Assembly: GCA_002269645.1 (NCBI GenBank)
Contig: NIVC01002298.1
Coordinates: 62,001-126,000 of the forward strand
From: Macrostomum lignano
Lineage: Eukaryota
Length of the DNA stretch: 64,000 nt
Direction: 5' to 3'
How positions within the stretch are numbered: the stretch's first letter is position 1; each line of letters opens with the position of its first letter. A model generated the notes under the pieces. It was not told where the DNA came from and ran no database searches. It worked only from the letters and a program-made list of their open reading frames with translations. Shown piece after piece: positions 38,655 through 52,859 of this stretch. The position numbers were made by a program, and so were the translations under genes.

Positions 38655-39449
38655 CCCATCCACCGCAGAACTGCACTCGGCCATAGACAATGAAGCCAGC
38701 CAGTTGGAGACTCCCCATCCGTCACAGAACTGCACTCGGCCATAGACAATGAAGCCAGCCAGTTGGAGACTCCCCATCCGCCACAGAACTGCACTCCGCC
38801 ATAGACAATGAAGCCAGCTAGTTGGAGACTCCCCATCCGCCACAGAACTGCACTCGGCCATAGACAATGAAGCCAGCCAGTTGAAGACTCCCCATCCGCC
38901 ACAGAACTGCACTCGGCCATAGACAATGAAGCCAGCTAGTTGGAGACTCCCCATCCGCCACAGAACTGCACTCGGCCATAGACAATGAAGCCAGCTAGTT
39001 GGAGACTCCCCATCCGCCACAGAACTGCACTCGGCCATAGACAATGAAGCCAGCCAGTTGGAGACTCCCCATCCGCCACAGAACTGCACTCGGCCATAGA
39101 CAATGAAGCCAGCTAGTTGGAGACTCCCCATCCGCCACAGAACTGCACTCGGCCATAGACAATGAAGCCAGTCAGTTGGAGACTCCCCATCCGCCACAGA
39201 ACTGCACTCGGCCATAGACAATGAAGCCAGTCAGTTGGAGACTCCCCATCCGCCACAGAACTGCACTCGGCCATAGACAATGAAGCCAGTCAGTTGGAGA
39301 CTCCCCATCCGCCACAGAACTGCACTCGGCCATAGACAATGAAGCCAGCCAGTTGAAGACTCCCCATCCGCCACAGAACTGCACTCGGCCATAGACAATG
39401 AAGCCAGCCAGTTGGAGACTCCCCATCCGTCACAGAACTGCACTCGGCC
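38655..39449. repeat. 59-bp minisatellite, ~13 copies
   Basis: CCATCCGCCACAGAACTGCACTCGGCCATAGACAATGAAGCCAGCCAGTTGGAGACTCC; period 59 (CTGCACTCGG at 38671, 38730). Confidence 0.95.
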
Positions 39450-39734
39450 ACGTTTAGACGTATTTTTCTCAACTGAATTAATGCGAGTGCAGGCTATAAG
39501 TACATTTGATTCTGTCTTGCCACTGCCTTCAACGCTTGCAGGGAAAGAGGATCCAGATTTATTGTCTTACAAGAAGTGTCAATAAGGCTGGGAAGTTATG
39601 GCTGATTTTTTGGCCTCCAAACCGCACCCCTCCAGTCACCGGAATTTCGATCTATATTGATTTATATTCATGCCTGTGCATGCACTTTTAGCATTTGAAT
39701 GAGTCTTTGGATATTTTTCTAAGTCTTTAGCATG

Positions 39735-40040
39735 TGCACCCTCTACGCCTTGGGGGTTGGCCCTCATGGCTGTGGATCGCACCCTCTGCGCCATGGGGGT
39801 TGGCCCTCATGGCTGTGGATCGCACTCTCTGCGCCTTGGGGGTTGGCCCTCATGGCTGTGGATCGCACCCTCTGCGCCGTGGGGGTTGGCCCTCATGGCT
39901 GTGGATCGCACTCTCTGCGCCTTGGGGGTTGGCCCTCATGGCTGTGGATCGCACCCTCTGCGCCTTGGGGGTTGGCCCTCATGGCTGTGGATCGCACTCT
40001 CTGCGCCTTGGGGGTTGGCCCTCATGGCTGTGGATCGCAC
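39735..40040. repeat. 43-bp minisatellite, ~7 copies
   Basis: GGGGTTGGCCCTCATGGCTGTGGATCGCACCCTCTGCGCCTTG units. Confidence 0.95.
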
Positions 40041-41984
40041 AACAATCGCCCGACCAATTTTAGTGCACCAGACCGAAGAGTGCAGCCAGGTCCGGATGAA
40101 TGGATTCGAATCAGGGGTCGTGGAGTGAGAGTCAAGCGTTTATTGCCTCTTTATGCAATTTTTATTCTTACTGGTTAGATTAGCCAACCATGGTGCGTAC
40201 TTATCCAGTGGATAGATGAGTAATCCCCTGAGTTACTGGAGCTGAGCATGGACCAGCCAGCACGGCCCTGTCAGGCCAGACGTCATTAAATTAAAATGGC
40301 ACAAGCCATGAGCTCCATTTCTGCTTTTGCCAGGGGTGCAGGCCCTGCTCCTGCGATCAAACTTGGAAGTTTGGAGTGTAAAAATAGCCACCTCCGCGCT
40401 TGCAATATGCGCTAGCTGGAATTCATGCATTCCGCCATATAATTTATTGCGTCTCAATGAATAGCTGATTTGAACTCAAGCAGCAGCCCAGCTCAGCATC
40501 AACGGTAGGGAAGGGGGTGGACCATTTAGGTCCTGAACTGCTTGCCCCGGCACACCATCACTAAAAATAGTCCTTGCCTGCATGCAGTGTCTGTAGGGAT
40601 TTTTATTAAGTAACAAAACTTCGACTGACGGGGCTAAAAATACAGCCCGAGCAGTTCTCAGGGGAGCCGAAACGGGAAGAAACTCGCGGGCTTCGGGGCG
40701 TGGCAAAAAACTCCAAAATCTTCCCAAACCAAACATTGACTGAGATTGTTTCCCATATCCCCTACTCGAACCCTTGGGGAAATTTTTTCTCGCAAGAATT
40801 TCCCGATTTCCGGAAGTGACAAAACTCCGAGGAGACGGGCTCTTTCGGGTGAGAAGGCGCGCCCAGAAAGTGCTTCCGGCTGCGGGATCGGCGAGTCCGG
40901 CAAATAACAGAAACTTTTAGGAAATTGAAAACTGCGATTATTCTGTCCAGCTACCCGGGCTTCATAAGTTAGGCGGAGTCACGCTTCATATTCTCCCGAT
41001 CCCAATCTTTGCCTTTTATTGATTTGATCTCGAACTGCTCGCGTCTCGCAGTTGGCAGGCAGGAATAAGTAAATATTAAACAAGTCAGACGTCACTGAGA
41101 GCGCACGTCTGAGTACTGCTGCAGCACTCACTAAATCTGCACTAATCAATAACAGGTTGAGCTTTGTCTAACTGTTTCTTTAATTATAGTTTTTTTTAAA
41201 CAAAAACTTGGATTTTCAATAATTAAAACAAAAAAGCGCTCACACAGGGATGAAGCCCCAATCGTTGTTTCTATCCGAAATTTGGAGCAGCATGTGATAT
41301 CTTTCAAGAGATTTTGCATATGTGGTTTGGCTGACTACCCAGCAGGTGTCATATAGAAGTGTAGCCACCGTCTAACCCAGATTGAGTACAGATTGATTGG
41401 CTTACGTGGACTTCATTTCAGTCCCGGTGGTTTGGGCCTCGATATGTGTAGTCGAATCGCTGCTTTTAGTCAGAGGCAGATTCAGAGAGGCCGTCGCGCT
41501 ATCACGTGGCTGCTTCAACAGCATCCGGTCTCCCCTCTCCTCCTCTCTGTTATCCTCCAGGGGAGAATAAGTGCAGCTCACTTCATGCCTAATAAGGCGC
41601 GAGAGCGGACACCTTGCAATGCAGCCCAGCCCCGCGGCTACAGCTCGCATTCTCCAACTCATGGCTCTCCCACCGGGTGCAAGAAGAGTGTGAGATGGAT
41701 CCTGGGGGGTAGAGGGCAACTCCTTGAGCATGTGGGCCAAATCTGATTTTCGGATAACCCGAAAGTATGGAGAAGAAAGGACCCAAGAGATTGGGTATCA
41801 TGCTTGAGCAGTGAGGGAGCAGAGAAGGGTTGAACCGTAATAAAAATAGGCGAAATTGGCAATGAGGGCAGCAAAGGATCCTCAGCCCGCGCTGCACTTC
41901 TGCGCCCCCCTAGAAGACAACGAAAAACTGCTGTTATTACTTTCTGTGTACAGCTTGTTGTATTGAGGGCCGTGCAGGGCTGGG

Positions 41985-42905
41985 CGAGTACTCGGTACTC
42001 GGGATACTCGGTACTCGGGATACTCGGTACTCGGGATACTCGGTACTCGGTACTCAGGATACTCAGTACTCGGTACTCGGGATACTCGGTACTCGGGATA
42101 CTCGGTACTCGGTACTCAGGATACTCAGTACTCGGTACTCGGGATACTCGGTACTCGGTACTCAGGATACTCAGTACTCGGTACTCGGGATACTCAGTAC
42201 TCGGTACTCGGGATACTCAGTACTCAGTACTCGGGATACTCAGTACTCGGTACCCGGGATACTCAGTACTCGGGATACTCAGTACTCGGTACTCGGGATA
42301 CTCAGTACTCGGTACTCGGGATACTCGGTACTCGGGATACTCGGTACTCGGGATACTCAGTACTCGGTACTCGGGATACTCAGTACTCGGTACTCGGGAT
42401 ACTCAGTACTCGGTACTCGGGATACTCAGTACTCGGTACTCGGGATACTCAGTACTCGGTACTCGGATACTCAGTACTCGGTACTCGGGATACTCAGTAC
42501 TCGGTACTCGGGATACTCAGTACTCGGTACTCGGGATACTCAGTACTCGGTACTCGGGATACTCAGTACTCGGTACTCGGGATACTCAGTACTCGGTACT
42601 CGGGATACTCAGTACTCGGTACTCGGGATACTCAGTACTCGGTACTCGGGATACTCAGTACTCGGTACTCGGGATACTCAGTACTCGGTACTCGGGATAC
42701 TCAGTACTCGGTACTCGGGATACTCAGTACTCGGTACTCGGGATACTCAGTACTCGGTACTCGGATACTCAGTACTCGGTACTCGGATACTCAGTACTCG
42801 GTACTCGGGATACTCAGTACTCGGTACTCGGGATACTCAGTACTCGGTACTCGGGATACTCAGTACTCGGTACTCGGGATACTCGGTACTCGGGTTACTC
42901 AGTAC
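41985..42905. repeat. Compound 7/9-bp repeat (TACTCGG/TACTCAG/GATACTC; ~23-bp higher unit)
   Basis: CpG-rich array; source of the 332-aa STRYSGYSVLG pseudo-ORF. Confidence 0.95.
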
Positions 42906-44091
42906 TCAACAACTCGCAACTGAAGTGCCAAGTTTTAAGGTCAACGGAACTGAAACATTGAAAGCAAAATGCACGATTTTCTTTCCTAGAAAAGACAGGA
43001 AATCAACTTTCAAAAAGTGACTTTTCTCCAGCGAAGTTGAAGATTAAAAAAAGAAGCTGCACAGCTCAGTACTCGGTGCTCGGAAGCAGCTTACTCGCCA
43101 AGCCCCGGACCACATGCGCTATGTTTCAATCAGAAATGGGACTTTTTTAAAAAAGATCAAGGATGCAACGCAAATAGGTTGGATAGATCCATAGTGACCT
43201 ATTTATTAGCAGTTTTAAACAAACTGGTAACTCCTTCGTGCATTTTTCGTATGATTTCTAGTTTGAAAGTTTACTAAAACAATCTTAGCGGAAAATCAGT
43301 GAAGAAAATAAAGATTAAGGAGATTTCGTCACACCACTGAGCCCTTTAAGACCGGTTAACATTACCGTCAGATTGTTCAAATCAATGTGCAGTTGGTTCA
43401 GATTAGTCTTCGGACATCGCAGCTGCTGATAAAGTTGTTGGACTACGAGTAGGTTGAAAACTTGGAAGACTTGGAGCTGTCTTGCATCCGGTTTCTACCA
43501 TATAGAGGTCCTTGGTTGAAATTGGAACACATTTATTTATGAACCAAAAACGAACACCAATACACAAGCTAGTTAAACAAATTATGCTATGCTGGACTTG
43601 CCTCCAAGCGAGAGAAATGCGGACGTCAATGCGGATTACACTGTACATCACTGCGGCTTCAAGCGGACTTATTTACAAAGCAAGCGTTTTGGCACCAGTT
43701 TTCACCAGAATTGAGTTGCTATGCATGTTAGCGCAGTGCATCAGTTCAATAAAATATTCGACTTTGCATTGCCTTGCAGTCTGTGTGCATAGCAGTCTGT
43801 GTGCCAGAGAAAAGTCACAGAATGGTCAGCTATGGAATTCAGCCATGGCAAATTTGGTTGATGGCGCAGTTAAGCTTGAGCAGTGTCCAGTGGAAAGCTG
43901 AATTCTATTCTTGGATAATTTCTATACATTATCCGAGCTCAAATCCCAGCTTAGGGGACAAGCAAAGGAAGCGACGAAGTGTCCATGGCGCTTGGGGTGC
44001 CAGGCGCCGTCTAAGCAGGTTCCGCTACAGACTCCGGCGCTGTGTTCTGCTGCACCCTGAAGACCAAGCCCAGTCTGACCGCTGCGGACCG

Positions 44092-44790
44092 TCAGGTCAG
44101 CCTCAGCGCCGCGCCATAGCTGGCCGACATTGACTGCCGCTTGGCCACGGCGCAGCAGACGCTGCCGGCCAGCAGCAGCCCGAAGCTGACGGCCAGGCCC
44201 ACCGCCCCGCCGATCAGGAGTCCTCGGTTTGGCTGCAGCGGCGGCTGTGGCTGCGGGGTTTCCGCTGCTGCCTGTAGCTTCCGGTTCTTCGCCGCGACAT
44301 CCGCAGCCGTGGCCTCGCCCAGGTAAACTGACAGGCTCAGCGATGCAGCGATGAAGCCGCACAGGCCTAAAATGAAGAGGCTGAGCGAGCCCAGGTGATA
44401 CAGCCGGTGACGCAGGGGGATTTGCTGACGCTGCAGCTGTTGATGCTGTTGCGATGGGTGCCGTCTCGGCTGCTGACGCGACTGTAGCTGAAGCTGCTGC
44501 TGCGTGTGCAGCGGGCACGCCGCAGGCAGGTTTCCGTCCGGCTGCTGCATGCCGCGGAGTGCCGCCTGCCAGCCTCTCACTCGGTGCGCTTGTCCGCTGG
44601 CTCTCCGCTGCCGCAAAGATTCTGAGAACAGCTCTGGCCGGCGCTCCTGCGTCCAAAATAGGCAGAAGTGTCTGTCCGGGCCTTCTGTTCCATTCTCGGC
44701 GCGCTTTTGTCGGCGCCGGTCTGGCGCCTGCGCCATTGGCTGGACTGGGACTGGGGGCAGCAGGGGAATTCTTAAGTGCCGAGAAGTCAT
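44092..44790 (-). CDS. Putative two-transmembrane protein of unknown family (232 aa)
   Basis: Non-repetitive, GC-rich ORF beginning at a true ATG 3 nt after an acceptor-like TTCGCAG (exon start 44793). It has two hydrophobic segments (LGSLSLFILGLCGFIAASLSLSVYL; LLIGGAVGLAVSFGLLLAGSVCCAVA) followed by a basic KRQ. No recognisable domain. Confidence 0.6.
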   Translation of the reverse strand: MTSRHLRIPLLPPVPVQPMAQAPDRRRQKRAENGTEGPDRHFCLFWTQERRPELFSESLRQRRASGQAHRVRGWQAALRGMQQPDGNLPAACPLHTQQQLQLQSRQQPRRHPSQQHQQLQRQQIPLRHRLYHLGSLSLFILGLCGFIAASLSLSVYLGEATAADVAAKNRKLQAAAETPQPQPPLQPNRGLLIGGAVGLAVSFGLLLAGSVCCAVAKRQSMSASYGAALRLT

Positions 44791-44954
44791 TGGCTGCGAA
44801 GCCTTAAGTCCATTTTGTACAGTGCGTTCATTATCAGATTGCCAATAATTTTCTAAATATGGTTTTAATTGAATCAGTAATTACATTATGAATTATGTGT
44901 GAATGTACAGTATGCGTTTTTAGCCAGTACTGCTTATAGACATGTCTGTTTATG

Positions 44955-47376
<2,422 letters not shown>

Positions 47377-47723
47377 CGGATGCATTGGTTTTAAGTCAGA
47401 TCCGATGCCTTTTAGCCACACTTTATAACTTACGAGTGGCTTCCAACGGGCAGGCCTGCATCTTTAACCTGACACCGACTTAAAAATGCAAAAAATAAAC
47501 TTATTGCGCAGTAAAAAACATGCAGCGAAGCATGCAAGCGAAACGCAAAAGCTTCCCGAGTTTCTTTGCGCGGAATCGGTCAGGTTTTACTGTGTAAACA
47601 TTTGCTTAGTGCAGCTCCTTTTACAGCTGCCCTGATTTCAGCATTAATTATTCCTGCACTGCCTCTGTTGTGCTGCTTCGGAGAGCGCAGGGTGCGCTGG
47701 CTGTTGGAGGGAATTAAGGCAAA

Positions 47724-48094
<371 letters not shown>

Positions 48095-50291
48095 TTCAGT
48101 TAGCAAATGCAGGTGTGAAAAGAGCTGGCGAATTCCCGTGCGGTGACTCACTGACTGGACTCATTTCGCACTCCCGCAGCTGGTCAAAGTCCATATTTTT
48201 CTGCGGTCAACCCCCATCTGACGGCTGGGGTCGATTGCTTGATTGATGCGTGCGAACTGCCCCTTCTCGGCCTGCCGGTATGCTGCGGTGCTCAGACTGA
48301 CTTCACACAGCTGCGCCACCCTTGACTTAGGAATTCCGCGGTGGGAAAAATTCGCATATTGCTTCATCGGTCTCAGTCGGCTCCCCTGTGTGAGGTCTGA
48401 TTTATTGGAATTTTCGGGATCGGACGCGGCCTTTCAATTAATTTGACCTGCCCAACTTCTGCCACTTCGCGGTTGGGGAAAAAGATGGAATTAATCACCG
48501 ACTTACAAGCAGGCAAGGTTTTGTTTCGGGCGAGCGATAATTCTTTGGCGGGAAAGCTGGAGCTGTTAGTTTAGCATTAGAAGTTTAAGAAAACTCCATT
48601 CTAAACTCCTAATGCGAATTTAAAAACTGGCATAAACCATGCAGTCCAATATAATATGAATCGTATTGTTAAATGTTATTGAAGTATGCTCAGTGTGACT
48701 GAGTATCTATTCGGATTGATCTTTTCTCGTAATAAAGTACTCATAAGACGATTAAGCTCAATAATTAAGTCATGTGTATCAAACTAAACGTCAGCAAATT
48801 ATAGTTACATGAAGATGAAGGTGGCGAAGCCAGGATTTTTTTCAAGAGGATGTTATACAGAAATACATGTACATGTATGAAAAGCATATGAAAGTGTTCA
48901 GAAAACTGCTAAAAGAAGAAGATTGATTTTCAGTTCATGGGCTTGTGCCACTAACTATATACGGGTAGTTAAACTACAGAAAATGAGTCCTCGATCGATA
49001 CATTAATAGTTGAGACTAATTAAAACTTTCGTATTTATATCAAAGTCAACAAGCTCTTCAATAGAAGATAACAAGCAAAGTTAAGATGAAAAGTAAGACG
49101 AACTAGATTAGTTTTAAGACCGGTTTTCTAATTTTGGAACGATAAAAACTGGCAGGTTGCAGACATGCATAGGGAAATTTTGTTGCATGATTGCTTTACA
49201 GTAATACTGATTTGAAACACTTTACATGAATCTGGCATAGAAAGTATTGAAAGAAAGTACAGAAAGCCGGTAAAAAGTATTACAATAAAATAACAATTTC
49301 TTTAAGGAACATAAAATGTCGTAAACTGAAGATTAAAACTCACTAGATATATATTGAAGAAACAGTTAATTTTTCAAAAAGAGACAACAACTAGTAGGAA
49401 AAATAGCTATTTTTTCTTTTCAGTTTTTTCGTGTTCTTATATTTTCCAGGAAAGTAAGATTGCTACCGCGCTCATTTCCGCGCTTGGTTCTTTGTTCGAC
49501 AAATCATTTGACATTTTAAAGGCCAAAACCTCTCAGGTATTGTTAGTTTTCTTCCTTTAAGTCGTCTGAAAAAAGCTGTTGCATTATATGTTCCTTTTCT
49601 TAGCTGAAGAATTCATTAGTTTTTTGTTGAATTTATTTCTTGTATTTTTGTTTAGTTATCAAAGAAACGTAATGAAAAAATAGGGTTGTAAAGGAGGGCT
49701 AGCCTTAGGCCCCTACAATTACGTGGCTACGTGCTTAATGGTATGTCACTAGGGCACAAATAGGTTAGGTTTATTATTTTTGAGTGGTAGCTAAATTGGT
49801 TTTCTGGGCGGGTAAAGCAAGCGGGCTTTAGCCGTTTTTAATGGCTGAGCAACCTGCCTCGCTGCCCCCCTTTTTTATCGCCCCGACCTTGTACTTGTGC
49901 TTGCTTTTACGCGCTGTACATATGTGCTCTGACTCAATACCCATAATCCCCAGTGTGGGACTATGTTTTAATATACATTGCTCCGCTTAACGCAAGAGGG
50001 CACTGCTGCTGCTTCAAATTTATCATTTTTGCCACAATATACTTGAAAAATGCGGGCCCTACTTGCTTTGGGGCCTGCCTTGCTGTGCTCGATTGCCCAC
50101 TTGCTCATCTCTGTTCTTCCCCACCTCCACCTCTAGACATTAATTAAAAAATTCAAATTAACACTTGACAGACTTGACCATAATTTTTAATTTCAATCAG
50201 CATTTACAAAATATTCTTTCTTAGTATGACTAAGCCAATATAGTTGTCAACTTTGGTTCATAAATTTATTTCTTAGAACACATTATATAAG

Positions 50292-50627
50292 CTATTGAGG
50301 TGGGGGTGGAGAAAAAATTATTATGGTGTCTTTGGCAGTTTGAACACTGGTAATAGGCTGCTAACACCAGTTAGGCAGGTAGATTTCATGTTTGAACTGC
50401 CGCCTGTGTTGTCTTGGCACTTGTTAAGCTAGAAAATTTCACAAATAGATGTGTTTTAACTTCTCCTTGATACTCCATCTGCTGGGTCCTCAATTCTGGG
50501 GGAAGGTAGTTGTAATTGCAGTTGAATAGTCTTTTAGTGGCACAGTCATTCCAAATTGGTCCTCAGACACTGTAAAATTTGTGATCTGTTGATATGCTCA
50601 GTTTGTTACTCTTAGTAGCAAAGTAGC
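50292..50627 (-). other. CpG-decayed paralogous copy of segment 54742-55057
   Basis: Colinear by-eye alignment in direct orientation, e.g. GCCTGTGTTGTCTTGGCACTTG vs GCCTGTGTTGTCTCGGCACTCG and GATATGCTCAGTTTGTTACT vs GATATGCTCGGTTTGTTACT. Confidence 0.85.
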
Positions 50628-52859
50628 ATTGCCACCAGCATAATTTCGTATTATGGAATGATAGAGGTCTCAGAGCTTTCTTTGAGTTGAGACTAATTGG
50701 TTATTCTATACCCCATGGGCAAATGACTCAATAGAGACTAAAAGGCTTTGATTAGGAACAACTGAATAAATGAATAAATTTTGGCCGTAGCTTATTGTTA
50801 TTATTATTTGCGCAATATAAACAAATAATAATACCTGGTAATAATGAAAATTACTTCCTTAGCTCCTATATTGTATACTAATATATGCTATTAGACTTTT
50901 ATTACAAATGAAAATAAATATGCCAAATAAAAGATAAAAAATGACAATCAATATTTTAGGCTCATAATATTTTAATCTTTTTAAAAAAGATAATTAAAAA
51001 TTATTAATATTTACTTAACTATGACTTTAGTCAGAATCAATTTATTTTAATTACATGTATTTTAGATTATAGAATTATATTATTAGAAAAGTTAAACACA
51101 ATTTCTTTTTGATATTTTTTTATTTTTGATCAAAATTTAGTTATTCTATCTATGCACATAGTCAGATAGACTACCCCATAGTTTGGAAGGCAACATGTAT
51201 ATCATGAAATCGTGGTATACAACAAGGGTACTTGCTATTTTTCAGTGTACATCAGCATACATCTCAATGTATATAATAATAGAAAATTTTTGGCTTATAT
51301 CTGTGGCATAGCTACATGCATGTTAGAATCAATTAAAGTGACTTTATGTAAATTAAGCTACACGCAACACTATCAACATGGAACACAGAATAATGAAAAA
51401 ATTTAAACTTTTTGCCATAAAAAACCTTTTTTCTCTCCTATTTTTAGCAAATAAAAAGTATTTTATTTTATAATTGTCTTTTCTCCATGCACATTGCAAA
51501 AGTGTATAATTTTAAGTTTGTTAATCTACATAAATAATGAATTCAAAGAAGGAAAAATGTGTACAACTTAGGTATACATAGTTGAAAACATTTTTGTCCC
51601 AATGTACAAATGTGGTCATATAGGCTATTTTTCTTCTACTAGTCCTGGCATACACTAATACACAATCCAAACTATGGAGACTACCAAGCTTGAACTTATT
51701 CATTTTTTGTACACTAACTATGTACATTGATAAGGACTTGGAACTTGGTCTACCTACTATTTATATGCCAAGCAGCCAAACTATATACCAATAAGTTTGC
51801 CAAGCCTTTTTGTACACCAATTTTTGTATATCAATTTGTATATATTTGTATATATTAGATCTCTCTAAGTCTCTATATGCTGATATCAAAGCTTTCCACG
51901 GCAGACGGGATAAGTTGGCAAGGTCATTGGAGTTGTTGAAGTCAACAACACAGCATCTAGGGTTGTCAGCAATGGCCTTCTGTATAAAACGAAGTCATGT
52001 ATTATTGCTTTGGTTTAGAATCAACTTCCATACAACTACATGTACCATAATTCAACTGAATATCAATAAAATCAGCATGAATTAGGGAACATTGTGTCGC
52101 CTTTTGTGTTCTCACTAAGCCGGGAAATCTTTAAAGGTAGCTCCAATCTTCCCAGTCCTCAAAGTCAAGCTGCTCTTCAAATTCACAAAGCCATTTCATC
52201 TTTCTCTGGTGCATGCTGCTTTTAAAATGTATTTTGGAAAAGCAGGAAAGCTGAAACTGAACAGAATTAGAAATAATTTTTAGTATATAGGATGTTAGTT
52301 AAAAATGGCAGTAAAGCAATGTTTGGCAGTAAAAGTCGCACAACTTAGCCTATCTTTCCTAAAGAGTTCGAAAAGCCTTTTTTTCAACTAAAGAGAAAGA
52401 GAAGAAAAGTGAGATCTTAGGCATATGTAGTTATAAAAACAACTATAAGAGTACACACTCTAGAAATACACACTCTAGAAATATATACTAAGAGATTGTA
52501 GGAGTATAGCTATAAATTTAATAGAAATGAAATGAAGCAGAAAAGTACAAAGTAATTGTATATAGCATTATTAAACATGCACAAAGCACCACAACGTTCT
52601 TAAAAATGAAGTAATAAATGGACTTCTCGTATTAAAAAATGCATTAATATACACTTGAGTATAGCTTACTAATAGTAAAACATAGTTTTCAAAGGACGAG
52701 CAAATTGGCAGGTTAGAGGGGACAGAGCAGGTTCGAGGGGACAACAAAGAATGGACAAATAGACAAATATGAGTAAATAGACAAACCCGAAAACACAAAG
52801 CAGCGAATTATATGATGACAGAAAAGTCAGCACACATGGCTGGGACAAGTCAGACTCAT

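Noticed and set aside
41963-42961. 332-aa STRYSG-repeat ORF
   Set aside because: Compound microsatellite translation with a TTG start; no unique coding content.
48820-49737. Possible MITE with GGCGTAGCCA-type termini
   Set aside because: Only ~7 bp of the two ends match and no TSD is evident.
51770-52256. Possible minus-strand exon pair (FQLSCFSKIHFKSSMHQRKMKWL..., KAIADNPRCCVVDF...) with an H-x5-H zinc-finger-like motif
   Set aside because: Splice sites are plausible, but the first segment has an in-frame TAA (52131-52133) and no upstream CxxC exon was found; too weak without transcript data.
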